From an uncultured Solirubrobacterales bacterium (GTDB lineage Bacteria > Actinomycetota > Thermoleophilia > Solirubrobacterales > Solirubrobacteraceae): a DNA stretch of 64,000 nt. The notes beneath the pieces were generated by a model. The model made no database searches. It was not told where the DNA came from and saw only the letters and a list, made by a program, of their open reading frames with translations. This document shows, one piece after another, positions 36,215 through 46,280 of the stretch (its first letter is position 1; each line of letters opens with the position of its first letter). A program made the translations under genes and the position numbers. Where the stretch lies: contig CAWCEY010000009.1 of assembly GCA_963794715.1 (NCBI GenBank), forward strand, positions 94,385-158,384, in the 5' to 3' direction.

Positions 36215-37288
36215 ATGAGTCGCGTCGACCACCTACCCCCCGACCTGCGCGCGGCGCTCTCTCTGCTGGTCAGCCGGCGCCAGCGCTACAGCGAGATCGC
36301 CACGATGCTCAGCATCGAGGAGCGCGCCGTGCACGATCGCGCCCACGCCGCGCTCGCGCTGCTGGCTCCCCGCCAGGCGCGCGAGCTGAACGCCGCGCAG
36401 CGCGCGCAGGTGGGCGAGTACCTGCTCGGGCAGGCCCCCGCGGCGGAGCAGTCGGCCGCGGTCACGTACCTGGAGAGCTCCGCCGCGGCGCGTGCCTGGG
36501 CGCGGGCGATCGCCGCCGAGCTCGCATCCCTCTCAAGCGGCGCGCTGCCCACGATTCCCGCTGGCGCACCCCCGGAGCCTCCGCTTGCGAGTGGAGTCGC
36601 GCCGGATCGTAACGGTGGACGTGCGTCGGGCGCTCCGCCGCTGACGACTCCCGCCGGTGCGCCAGCGCGCGGGGTACAGGCGCCCAGCTCGCGGCGGGGT
36701 GGCGCGATCCTGCTGGGCGGGCTGGCCGTCGTGGTGGTCGTCGCCGTCGCTTTGATTGTGGGCCTCGGCGGCGGCTCCTCACCCAGCTCCGCCACCACCT
36801 CCACGGCGCCGGGCGCGTCCAACGGCGGGGGCGGGTCGAACGGGACATCCTCAACCGCCGCATCCACCAGCCCAAGCACCACGCCGGGCGCGGCGGCCAA
36901 ACCGGGTCAAACCACGAAATCCGGCAAATCCTCCAGCACGCCCCGCCTCACCGCGACGCTCCCGCTGACGCCCCCCGACACCACCAGCAAAGCGCTGGGG
37001 CTGGTCGAGGTGATCGCCGAGGGCAGCGAACACGCCTTCATTCTCGCCGCCGAACACCTGCCGCCCACACACGGCTTCAGCTACGCGGCGTGGCTGTACA
37101 ACACGCCCACCGACGCCTACTTCCTCGGCGGCGGCACCACCGTCGGCGCCAACGGCACCCTCAAAGCGGCCCAGACGCTGCCCGCCAACGCGACCCACTA
37201 CGCGACGATCATCCTCACCGAACAGCACGAAACACGGCCCAAACAGCCCGGCCCGATCGTGCTGAGCGGGCCGTTCAAGCTGCGGTAG
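36215..37288 (+). CDS. Membrane protein: sigma-4-like HTH N-terminus, one TM helix, RskA-like extracellular domain
   Basis: LPPDLRAAL...YSEIATMLSIEERAVHDRAH; hydrophobic ILLGGLAVVVVVAVALIVGL; YAAWLYN. Confidence 0.6.
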   Translation: MSRVDHLPPDLRAALSLLVSRRQRYSEIATMLSIEERAVHDRAHAALALLAPRQARELNAAQRAQVGEYLLGQAPAAEQSAAVTYLESSAAARAWARAIAAELASLSSGALPTIPAGAPPEPPLASGVAPDRNGGRASGAPPLTTPAGAPARGVQAPSSRRGGAILLGGLAVVVVVAVALIVGLGGGSSPSSATTSTAPGASNGGGGSNGTSSTAASTSPSTTPGAAAKPGQTTKSGKSSSTPRLTATLPLTPPDTTSKALGLVEVIAEGSEHAFILAAEHLPPTHGFSYAAWLYNTPTDAYFLGGGTTVGANGTLKAAQTLPANATHYATIILTEQHETRPKQPGPIVLSGPFKLR

Positions 37289-37344
37289 CGCCTCGAAACT
37301 GGGGGAGGCATGGGGCGCGAGAGGCATACGCGCGAGAGGCGTTG

Positions 37345-37500
37345 GGTGTATGTAACTTTTTCAAGGCCGTGCGCAATTGCTATCGGCTTTGATTTTTTTC
37401 ATTACACCACCCACCCCTCCCACGTATATACCTTTGCAATAGAAGTGGCAAGCTCGTGCCACCATTCCACGTATATACGTTTGCTATAGGGGTGGCAGGA
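37345..37500. repeat. AT-rich palindromic element plus two 47-bp-period direct repeats between convergent genes
   Basis: GGTGTA...TCAAGGCCG...CGGCTTTGA...TACACC hairpin (37345-37408); CCACGTATATAC at 37420 and 37467. Confidence 0.75.
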
Positions 37501-39181
37501 GCTTGCCGGGATTCATGATCCCCGCGGGGTCCAGCTGGTGCTTGAGCGCGCGCAGCGCCTCCACCCCATGCGCGCCCAGCTCGCGCTCCATCCACGGCAG
37601 GTGGTCGCGCCCGACGCCGTGGTGGTGGGTGATGGTGCCGCCGCCGCGGACGATCGCGTCGCTGGCCGCGCGCTTCAGCGCCCGCCACTGCTCGATCTCC
37701 GCGCCCTCGCGCTGCCTGGCCAGCAGCGTGAAGTACAGCGAGGCGCCCGTCTCGTAGAGGTGCGAGACGTGGCACATCACCACGCCCTCGCTTCCCTGTG
37801 CGCGCAGCTCCCGCTCGATCGCGGAGCGTGTCTGCAGGTGCAGTTGGCGCAGGTTCGACCATGTTGTGGCGCTCTCCAGCGTCTCGACCATCACTCCGTG
37901 AGTGAGCAGCTCGTCGCGCAGGTAGGGCGCCGCGAAGCGATGCCGCCGCCACGCCTCCCCCGGCGAGCTGCCAAGCGGCAGTCCGCCGTGACCGCGCACC
38001 ACCTCGTGCGCTCGCGCTTTGGCGTGCCGCACCTCCTCCGCGGCGCCCTCGAACCCGAGGATCGCCAGGCACCCCTCGCCGTAGCCGCGCACGCGCAGGT
38101 AGGCCCTGCCGGCGCGGCTCTTGGCGCGGGCCTGCAGCGCGCGACGCATGCTTTCCCCCACCCCCTCCGCTCTCCCCGACCCCGCCGCCGCCTGCGCCTG
38201 CGCGAGCGACATGCGCGTCTCCGCCTCGTCGGACAGCCGCGTCACCGCCGGCGCCGCGTGCTCCTGGGCGAGCTCACGCAGGGCGTTCACGCCGGAGGGG
38301 AAGTCGGCGAAGAACGCGCCCTCAAAGCAGCGCTCGCGGGGCGCCGCGCGCACGCGCAGATCGAGCTCGCCGATCACTCCCAGCGCGCCCTCGGAGCCGA
38401 CCAGCAGCCCGCGCAGATCCGGCCCAGCCGCGCTCGCCGGCCGCGCCGGGAGCGCGATTTGACCAGCGGGCGCGGTGAGGCGGATCCCGACCACCAGCTC
38501 CTCGAAGCGCCCATACCCGGTCGAGGACTGCCCGGCCCCGCCGCTTGCCGCGCAGCCCCCCAGCGAGACATACTCAAACGACTGCGGGAAGTGCCCCAGC
38601 GTCAGGCCCACCTCCGCCAGACGCCGCTCCAGCGCGGGCGCGCGCATCCCCGCCTGAACGGTGGCCAGGCGCGACTCGCCGTCGATGTTCACGAGTGCCG
38701 CCAACTCGCGCATGTCGAGCGCGATCACCGCCGCGTGCTGGCCTCTGAGCGGCGCCACGCCCCCCACCACGCTGGTGCCGCCACCGAACGGCACCACCGC
38801 GATCGAGTTGCCAGCGCAAATCTGCAGCAACGGCCCCACCTGCTGGGGGTCGCTCGGATACAGCACCGCGTCGGGCGCCTCCCCCGGCTCGCCCGCCCGC
38901 ACACGTAGGAGGTCGGGATAACTCTTGCCGGCGGCGTGCGCCACGCGCTCGGCGCGATCGTCGCGCACGGCGTGCGCCCCCAATAGCGCGCGCAACCGCG
39001 CGCCGGCGCCCTCGGGGAGTTCCACGGGGGGCAGCTGTACGCGCGCGAGCGCCACCGGCGGACGCGGTTGGGGCGAGGTCCCGATCGTCTCCTCCAGCAG
39101 CCGCAACATTCTCGGCCCCACAGCCGGCGCGCGGTCCGGATCGCCCCACCCCCACCAGCGCATCGCGGGCGCGTCAGCCAT
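37484..39181 (-). CDS. FAD-binding oxidoreductase, alkylglycerone-phosphate synthase-like
   Basis: VVPFGGGTSVVGG; GHFPQSFE; THHHGVG; DPAGIMNPGKL. Confidence 0.88.
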   Translation of the reverse strand: MADAPAMRWWGWGDPDRAPAVGPRMLRLLEETIGTSPQPRPPVALARVQLPPVELPEGAGARLRALLGAHAVRDDRAERVAHAAGKSYPDLLRVRAGEPGEAPDAVLYPSDPQQVGPLLQICAGNSIAVVPFGGGTSVVGGVAPLRGQHAAVIALDMRELAALVNIDGESRLATVQAGMRAPALERRLAEVGLTLGHFPQSFEYVSLGGCAASGGAGQSSTGYGRFEELVVGIRLTAPAGQIALPARPASAAGPDLRGLLVGSEGALGVIGELDLRVRAAPRERCFEGAFFADFPSGVNALRELAQEHAAPAVTRLSDEAETRMSLAQAQAAAGSGRAEGVGESMRRALQARAKSRAGRAYLRVRGYGEGCLAILGFEGAAEEVRHAKARAHEVVRGHGGLPLGSSPGEAWRRHRFAAPYLRDELLTHGVMVETLESATTWSNLRQLHLQTRSAIERELRAQGSEGVVMCHVSHLYETGASLYFTLLARQREGAEIEQWRALKRAASDAIVRGGGTITHHHGVGRDHLPWMERELGAHGVEALRALKHQLDPAGIMNPGKLLPPL

Positions 39182-39261
39182 CGAGACTCCGCCTCCGCAG
39201 TCGCCCCCGCGGTCGCGGTTTCCGGGCGCGCGGCGATGACTCGCGGGCCGACTGGGGGGCC

Positions 39262-39699
39262 TCAGCCAACGACCCGCTCCAGCCCGTCGAGCGCCTCGTC
39301 GAGCAGGTTGCCGGCCGCGCTGCGCACGCGGCTGGCCCCGAGGTTGGCGAACACGCCTCGCAGCTTCTGGCGCAGCTCGATCGTCACCTTGGTGCCGGCA
39401 CCGGCCGCTTCCAGGCGCAGCTCGGTGTGCGCGGCCGACAGCACGCGCGCGAAGGGGGTGTCCTGCACCCGCTGCTCCCACTTCAACGTCAGCGCCCGCT
39501 CGTCCGCTTCGGTGTGGAAATCAGCCCGCACCAACCTGCCGTTGCGACTGGCGAACACCATCGTGAAAGCGTTCCGCTCGACGTCCTCGACGCGTGTGAC
39601 GCGCGGCCACCATCGCGGCAGGTGGGCGGGGTCGGCGATCAGCTCCCACACCTCGCCGGCGGGCGCGTCCACCGTGCGGGTTCGTTCGGTGGTGGGCAC
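39262..39699 (-). CDS. SRPBCC (polyketide cyclase/dehydrase-like) protein
   Basis: VDAPAGEVWELIADPAHLPRWWP. Confidence 0.85.
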   Translation of the reverse strand: MPTTERTRTVDAPAGEVWELIADPAHLPRWWPRVTRVEDVERNAFTMVFASRNGRLVRADFHTEADERALTLKWEQRVQDTPFARVLSAAHTELRLEAAGAGTKVTIELRQKLRGVFANLGASRVRSAAGNLLDEALDGLERVVG

Positions 39700-39737
39700 G
39701 ACTCGAAGCCTACGACGCGGCGCCCCGCGGGCGTCCC

Positions 39738-40580
39738 TCAGCCCGCGATCTTGCGCAGGTCGCGCACCAGCAGCAGATGGCGCAGATGCGAGGTCACCGC
39801 GGCGAGGTTCTCCAGCGCCTCCAGCGCCTCCTTGCGCCGCTGCGGGTTGCGCGAGCGCAGCGCCGGGGCGAGGATCTGCTGCAGCAGGCCCGCCTCGCGG
39901 TCAGCGGAGGTGCGGAACACACGCAGGTTGCGCCCGCCCACGCCGTAGCGCGCCAGCTCGGAGACGGCGCCGACGATCTCGCGCTCGGTTTCGTCGTAGT
40001 AGCGCTGCCCCCCGCGCTGCTCGCCTTTGACCACCCCGTATTCCTCCAGCTCGCGCACCAGCTTCGCGTCGGCCTGGGTCTCCTCCAGCACTTCCTCCAG
40101 GGAGTACAGCGCGCCGCTCTCCTCGCGCACGCTGACGCTCGCGCGGCGCATCCGCGCCGAAAACGGATATCCGCCCGCGCGCTGGGCGCCCGGCTGTGCG
40201 GGAGCGGCGGGGTTGGTGGGGTCCCCGTCGAAACCGGGGGCGGGCGTCTCGCCGCTGCGCCCCGCCGCCAGCTCCTGGCGGATCACCCGCAGCGGCAGAA
40301 ACTCGTCGCGCTGCATCCGCAGGATCGTGCGCAGGCGCGCCACGTCGCCGTGGCTGTAGAGGCGATACCCGCCCGGGGTGCGCCGCGGGTTGAGCAGCTT
40401 CTGATCCTCCAGATAGCGAATCTTGGAGATCGAGATGTCGGGGAACTCCTGCGCCAGCGCCTTGCACACGGCGCCGATCGTGTAGGGCTTCTGGTTGGGC
40501 GTCGGCCCGCCGCCGGCCGCCGGCGCGGCCGGCGCGGGAGCGGTCGAGGTGGAGAGGGTGGGTGTGGGAGTGGCCATCAA
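39738..40580 (-). CDS. MerR-family regulator (Rv1828/FtsR-like)
   Basis: TIGAVCKALAQEFPDISISKIRYLE; RRTPGGYRLY; lies downstream of an FHA gene. Confidence 0.88.
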   Translation of the reverse strand: MMATPTPTLSTSTAPAPAAPAAGGGPTPNQKPYTIGAVCKALAQEFPDISISKIRYLEDQKLLNPRRTPGGYRLYSHGDVARLRTILRMQRDEFLPLRVIRQELAAGRSGETPAPGFDGDPTNPAAPAQPGAQRAGGYPFSARMRRASVSVREESGALYSLEEVLEETQADAKLVRELEEYGVVKGEQRGGQRYYDETEREIVGAVSELARYGVGGRNLRVFRTSADREAGLLQQILAPALRSRNPQRRKEALEALENLAAVTSHLRHLLLVRDLRKIAG

Positions 40581-41071
40581 CGTGCGTGGTAGCTGAGCTT
40601 GTACTTGCCGATCTGCAGCTCGTCGCCCTCTTCGAGGCGGTGGGACTCGATCCGCTCGCGGTTGACGTAGGTGCCGTTCAGCGAGCCGCAGTCATCGAGA
40701 TGCCAGTCGTCGCCACGGCGGATCAGCAGCGCGTGGTCGCGCGAGACGGTGATGTCGTCGAGGAACACCGCGCTGTCGGGGCGCCGGCCAATGCTCATCC
40801 GCTCGCCCTCGATCGAGAAGCTCTCGCCCACGCGACCCCCTCCGGCTCTCACCACCAGCGCCGGCCCATGCGCGGTGACATCGCCGAGCTCGACCGGCAC
40901 CAGCTCCCCGCTCTCGTCGATGCGGTAGGTGGCGGTGACCGAATCGCCCAGCCCGCCGGCTCCCTCCGGGTGGGCGGGACCCTGATCCGCGCGCAGCGAG
41001 GCGCCGCAGCGCTGGCAGAAGTTGGCGCCCTCGCCGTTGGCGGAGCCGCACTCGGGGCAGAGCGTCGCCAT
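40577..41071 (-). CDS. Zinc-ribbon plus FHA domain protein (GarA/OdhI-like)
   Basis: CPECG...CQRCG; IGR, VSRDHA, GSLNGTYVN. Confidence 0.92.
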   Translation of the reverse strand: MATLCPECGSANGEGANFCQRCGASLRADQGPAHPEGAGGLGDSVTATYRIDESGELVPVELGDVTAHGPALVVRAGGGRVGESFSIEGERMSIGRRPDSAVFLDDITVSRDHALLIRRGDDWHLDDCGSLNGTYVNRERIESHRLEEGDELQIGKYKLSYHAR

Positions 41072-41082
41072 CCGGCTGTTCC

Positions 41083-41400
41083 TCAGGCGTCGTTCTGGGG
41101 TGCGGTCTGGCCGCTGATCGAAGATCGGTCGAGCTCGGGGGACACTCGCCGTTGGCTCGCATCCACGCTTCGGCCGGCGAGGATCTGGCTGAGCTGCTCG
41201 ACATCCGCGCCGGTGATCAATTGCTCGCCGTTGTCGTGCTTACGCTGCAGGCGGTTCACCAGCTCCGCGCGCAGGATGTCGATCTTGCCGTGCAGGATGC
41301 GCCGCCGGTAGGAGATGTCGGTCTCCTCATCGGTCAGCTCGGCGATCAGACTCTTCAGCTCTGCGTCCGTGAGGGCGCCCAGATCGGGAAACGTGTCCAT
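41083..41400 (-). CDS. rsiG: Single-motif RsiG-like c-di-GMP-binding anti-sigma factor
   Basis: E-X3-S-X2-R-X3-H-X3-D (EETDISYRRRILHGKID) versus the RsiG motif E-X3-S-X2-R-X3-Q-X3-D. Confidence 0.7.
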   Translation of the reverse strand: MDTFPDLGALTDAELKSLIAELTDEETDISYRRRILHGKIDILRAELVNRLQRKHDNGEQLITGADVEQLSQILAGRSVDASQRRVSPELDRSSISGQTAPQNDA

Positions 41401-41439
41401 TGCGGTGTGCTCCTCTCGCGGCTCGTCAGTTCATCGTCA

Positions 41440-41473
41440 ACTATAGCCAAAGCGTCAAGTTGAGGTTGAGGGC
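41440..41473 (-). promoter_or_regulatory. Promoter -10 (TATAGT) with a TCAA-N7-TTGA inverted repeat (putative MerR/FtsR operator)
   Basis: GCGTCAAGTTGAGGTTGAGGGC 41452-41473; ACTATA 41440-41445. Confidence 0.55.
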
Positions 41474-42084
41474 TTGCATCTAAGCTGCCTCACGCCATCT
41501 CGCACGTACAACGCCGAGGCGGCGAGCGCGAGCAGAAGGCCGGCATACAACAGGATCGCGCCGAGGCCTTCCAGCCCGACCATCGCAAAGAAGAAGGCGC
41601 CCATGAGCGGCGCCACCGACAGGCGCCCGGGCCAGTTGATGCGCAGTTCGAGGCCGCGCGAAAGCCCGTAGCGGCCGAGCGCGAGCATCGCGAGCTCGCG
41701 CGCCACCAGCACCGCCAACGCCCAGCGGGGCAGCAGCGCGAAATGCCAGCACACCACCACCCCGGCGATCGCCAGCAGACGGTCGGTGAGGGGATCCATC
41801 AATGCCCCCAGACGGCTGTACTGACCGGTGACGCGCGCCGCGATGCCGTCGGCGTAGTCCCCCCAGCCGATCGCGGCGAACAGCGCGGCCGGCAGCGCGC
41901 CGGTGCCATCCGTGGTGGAGAGCGCCACCACGAGGAACACTGGGATCAGCGCCAGGCGCACGAAGCCGATCGCGTTGGGCACGGTCCACGGCCGCAGCGG
42001 CTGCCCGGCGGCGGTCTCGGGCGGCGGCGGGCCGGAGCGGTCGAGGCCGACGAAGCGACGAACGGTCAGGGCAGGCTGTGGCAC
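41455..42084 (-). CDS. pgsA: CDP-alcohol phosphatidyltransferase (PgsA2-like)
   Basis: TVPNAI; DYADGIAAR...LGALMDPLTDR. Confidence 0.88.
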   Translation of the reverse strand: MPQPALTVRRFVGLDRSGPPPPETAAGQPLRPWTVPNAIGFVRLALIPVFLVVALSTTDGTGALPAALFAAIGWGDYADGIAARVTGQYSRLGALMDPLTDRLLAIAGVVVCWHFALLPRWALAVLVARELAMLALGRYGLSRGLELRINWPGRLSVAPLMGAFFFAMVGLEGLGAILLYAGLLLALAASALYVRDGVRQLRCKPSTST

Positions 42085-43355
42085 AGCTCGTCCACCGCCC
42101 GCAGCAGCGCCTGCGGCTCGGCGCCCAGGGGCAGGCCGGGGGCGCTCTGGCGGCCGCGGCGCAGCTGCACCTCGATCTCGCCCGACTCAAGCGTTCGGCG
42201 CCCGATGGTGAGCCGCAGCGGGCAGCCGAGCAGCTCGGCGTCGGCGAACTTCTCGCCATTGCCCCGTTCGCGGTCGTCGTAGAGCACCTCCACGCCGCCG
42301 GCCCGCAGCGCCTCGTACACCCCGTCGGCCGCGTCGCGCTCGGGCGTGCCGGGCTTGCCGAGCGCCACCAGGTGCACTGCGAAGGGGGCCAGCGCGCGCG
42401 GCCAGGAGATGCCGTGCTCGTCGGCGAACTGCTCCACCGCCGCGGCCACGATGCGCGCCGGGCCCAGCCCGTAGGAGGCCATCCAGATCGGCTGCTCGGC
42501 GCCCTGCTCGTCGAGGTAGCGGGCGCCCAGCGGCTCGGAGTAGCGGGTGCCGAGCTTGAAGATGTTGCCGATCTCAATCGCCGTCTGGAGATGGATCGGC
42601 TCCCCGTTCAGCTCCTCTCCCTCGTTCAACTGCTCTTTGCCGAGTTGCGCGCGGACGACCTCGGCGTTGGCGGCGTACCCCGAGTCGGTGAGCACCACCT
42701 CGTCCTCGCCGGCGGCGCACGGCGCCATGTACTCGTGGGCGCCGCTGCCGCCCATCATCCCCACATCCCCCTCCACCCGGTACCAGCGCAGGCCGGTGCG
42801 ATTCATCATCCGCTCGTAGGCGCCCACGTGCAGCGCGTAGCTCTCCTCCAGCGCGGCCTGATCGCGGTCGAAGCTGTAGGAGTCCTTCATGATGAACTCC
42901 CGTGTGCGCAGCACGCCCGCGCGCGGGCGGGGCTCGTCGCGCTCCTTCACCTGAAAGTGGTAGACGATCAACGGCAGGTCGCGGTAGGAGCGCACCAGCT
43001 GGGCGATGTGGAACGTGACGGCCTCCTCGTGGGTCATCGCCAGCACGAGCTCGGAGCCCTTGCGATCGGTGAGCTTGAACAGCTCGTCGATCCCCAGACG
43101 GCCGGTCTTGCGCCACAGCTCGGCCGGCTGAAGCACCGGCATCAGCATCTCCTGCGCGCCGATCGCGTCCATCTCCTCGCGGATGATCTGAACGACTCGC
43201 TGGTGCACTCGCCAGCCGGCCGGCAGCCACGTCCACATGCCGGCGCCCATCTGGCGTACCAAACCGGCGCGCACCATCAGCTTGTGCGAGAGCGCCTCGG
43301 CGTCGGAGGGGGCCTGCTTCTCGGTGGGGAGCAGGTATTCGGAGAGGCGAGCCAT
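42066..43355 (-). CDS. proS: Proline--tRNA ligase, short form without INS editing domain
   Basis: MARLSEYLLPT; LAMTHEE; RDERPR-like RDEPRPR; EFIMKDSYSF; IGNIFKLGTRYS; anticodon-binding domain. Confidence 0.93.
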   Translation of the reverse strand: MARLSEYLLPTEKQAPSDAEALSHKLMVRAGLVRQMGAGMWTWLPAGWRVHQRVVQIIREEMDAIGAQEMLMPVLQPAELWRKTGRLGIDELFKLTDRKGSELVLAMTHEEAVTFHIAQLVRSYRDLPLIVYHFQVKERDEPRPRAGVLRTREFIMKDSYSFDRDQAALEESYALHVGAYERMMNRTGLRWYRVEGDVGMMGGSGAHEYMAPCAAGEDEVVLTDSGYAANAEVVRAQLGKEQLNEGEELNGEPIHLQTAIEIGNIFKLGTRYSEPLGARYLDEQGAEQPIWMASYGLGPARIVAAAVEQFADEHGISWPRALAPFAVHLVALGKPGTPERDAADGVYEALRAGGVEVLYDDRERGNGEKFADAELLGCPLRLTIGRRTLESGEIEVQLRRGRQSAPGLPLGAEPQALLRAVDELCHSLP

Positions 43356-43489
43356 CGCCGGAGAGCCTAGAGGGTGGCGCAGCTGGCCGCCAGGCCGCCT
43401 GCGCCGGGCCCCTCGTTGTTCGATCAGCCTTTGATAGAACAGCGTCCAACTGCCGAGCGCAAACTGAGACTGAGAAGGAGCTTCCCCCA

Positions 43490-44101
<612 letters not shown>

Positions 44102-44121
44102 GCCATAGGTATACAGGGTGT

Positions 44122-44200
44122 GGGTATGTGTATCGATTTTAAAAGGCGTGCGCAATAGCAAACACCTTTTGAAAAGACAACATATACCCGCCCCCTCCTA
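44122..44200. repeat. AT-rich palindromic element related to 37345-37408
   Basis: GGGTATGTG...TTTTAAAAGGCGT GCGCAAT...ACACCTTTTGAAAA...CATATACCC, followed by a C-rich tail. Confidence 0.75.
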
Positions 44201-44244
44201 CCTATCTCTCCTCACTCCGGCCAACCTTCCCCTCAACCAGCGGT

Positions 44245-45573
44245 TCAACCGCGGCTGAAGCGTCGACCAGCGACAGGCGACTCCGACTCGTCGAGCCGAG
44301 CCGACGGCGCATCGGTGTGGCCGTTCCCGGCGGCCGGCGTGAACCCCACAGCCGGCGTGAGCATCGACTCAAGTACGGCGTCAGCCACCTCGTCGTTCTC
44401 GGCTGCGGCGGCCTCCAACGCGGCGAGGCGCTCGGGTGTCATCTGCGTGGCGTCCTCGTTGGCGGCCAGCCACTCGCGCGCCTCGGCGGCCGCGCGCTCG
44501 TCGCGCTGCACCGTCTTCCCGGCGGCGTAGTAGCGGTCGATCTCCTTGAACAGCTCGTCCACGAGTTGCTCGGTGGCGACCTTCTTCAGCGGCTCGCCCT
44601 TGGAGTAGATCATGCCCATGTCTTTGGCGCCGGTGATCCCGAAGTCGGCGTGGCGGGCCTCACCGATGCCGTTGACGGCGCAGCCCAGCACCGACACCTC
44701 GATCGGATCCTCGTAGGCTTCCAGGCGCCGCTCCACCTCGGCGACGACGGAGTCCATGTCGAACTGCAGGCGCCCGCAGGTGGGGCAGGCGATCAGCACC
44801 GGCCCGCGCTCGCGCAGCTTCAGCGCCTTGAGGATCTCCCAGGCCACCTTCACCTCCTCCTCGGCGTGGAAGGTGGAGAGCGAGATGCGGATCGTGTCGC
44901 CCACCCCGTCGGCCAGCAGCGTGCCCAGCCCGACGGCCGACTTCAGCGAGCCCGACCACTTGGTGCCGGCCTCGGTGACGCCGAGGTGCAGCGGGTAGGG
45001 GATTTTCTCGGCCAGCAGCCGGTTGGAGGCGATCGTGTTGGGCACCGAGGTGGACTTCATCGACACCTTGAAGTTTTCGAAGTCGAGGCTCTCCATCAGC
45101 GCCACGGTCTCCAGCGCCGCCGTGACCAGCGCCTCGACGGGGTTGTCGTACTCCAGCTGGCGCAGGTGGCGGGGCAGCGAGCCAGAGTTGACGCCCACGC
45201 GCAGCGGCACGCCCCGCTCGCGGGCCAGCGCCACCACCTCCCCCACCTTCTCCGGCCCGCCGATGTTGCCGGGGTTGATCCGCACGCAGTGCGCGCCCAC
45301 CTCGATCGCCTTCAGGGCGAGCGTGTGGTTGAAGTGGATGTCGGCGATCACCGGGATCGGCGAGCGCTCGACGATCGTGCGCAGCGCCTCCACGTCCTGC
45401 TCGCGGGGCACGGCCACACGCACGATGTCGGCGCCGGCGTCCGCCACCTTCACGATCTGATCCATCGTCGCCGCCAGGTTGGCGGTCTCGGTCTTAGTCA
45501 TCGTCTGCACCACCACCGGCGCGCCGCCGCCGATCGGGATGCCGCCTACAGTGATCTGTCGCTCCGAAGCCAT
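44245..45573 (-). CDS. ispG: HMB-PP synthase IspG
   Basis: VQTMTKT; ADIHF; RINPGNIG; ACPTCGR; GCAVNGIGEA. Confidence 0.96.
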   Translation of the reverse strand: MASERQITVGGIPIGGGAPVVVQTMTKTETANLAATMDQIVKVADAGADIVRVAVPREQDVEALRTIVERSPIPVIADIHFNHTLALKAIEVGAHCVRINPGNIGGPEKVGEVVALARERGVPLRVGVNSGSLPRHLRQLEYDNPVEALVTAALETVALMESLDFENFKVSMKSTSVPNTIASNRLLAEKIPYPLHLGVTEAGTKWSGSLKSAVGLGTLLADGVGDTIRISLSTFHAEEEVKVAWEILKALKLRERGPVLIACPTCGRLQFDMDSVVAEVERRLEAYEDPIEVSVLGCAVNGIGEARHADFGITGAKDMGMIYSKGEPLKKVATEQLVDELFKEIDRYYAAGKTVQRDERAAAEAREWLAANEDATQMTPERLAALEAAAAENDEVADAVLESMLTPAVGFTPAAGNGHTDAPSARLDESESPVAGRRFSRG

Positions 45574-45617
45574 GTCTACGGTGATTCTACGATGACACGC
45601 GGCAACCCCCGACGCTC

Positions 45618-46280
45618 ATGACACGATCTCCCTCCGAGGTGTACCCCACGGCACGCGGCCCGCTGGCACGGATCGCCTCCCCCTTGGCCGCCCGCGCGCG
45701 CCGCCGCCGGCACGAGCGCTTCTTCAAGCTGACCGGCCTACCGCCCGGCGCTCGTGTGCTCGACGTGGGCTGTGGGCGGGCCGGCCTGCGGGCGCTGGAG
45801 CCCGAGCTCGACATCACGGGGGTGGACATCGCGCCCGACCAGGGCTACCCCGGCCCGTTCGTGCGGGCCGACGCCGCCGCGGGGCTGCCGTTCGCCGCCA
45901 ACGAGTTCGATCTCGTGTACTGCAGCAGCGTGATCGAGCACGTTGCGCCGGCTCGCCGCGCGGCGTTCGCCGCCGAGCTGCGACGGGTGGGACGCGGCTG
46001 GTATGTGCAGACCCCGGCGTGGTCGTTCCCGATCGAGCCGCACGCGCTGCTGCCGCTCGCGCACTGGCTGCCCCCGCGTCTGCGCCGCCCCTACTGGAGA
46101 CTTGGAGCGGCCGGTAAATGGGAAGAGATCGAGCTGCTGCGCCGGGAGGAGATCGAGTCGCTGTTCGGGCCGGCGCTGCCCGAGCGCGCGGGTCCGCTGG
46201 TCAAGAGCTGGGTGTGTGTGGGGCCGCGAGCACGTCCCCGGCCCCACACTGCTGCTTCTACTACAACACTAAAGAACTAG
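45618..46280 (+). CDS. Class I SAM-dependent methyltransferase
   Basis: VLDVGCG; FDLVYCSSVIEHV. Confidence 0.85.
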   Translation: MTRSPSEVYPTARGPLARIASPLAARARRRRHERFFKLTGLPPGARVLDVGCGRAGLRALEPELDITGVDIAPDQGYPGPFVRADAAAGLPFAANEFDLVYCSSVIEHVAPARRAAFAAELRRVGRGWYVQTPAWSFPIEPHALLPLAHWLPPRLRRPYWRLGAAGKWEEIELLRREEIESLFGPALPERAGPLVKSWVCVGPRARPRPHTAASTTTLKN

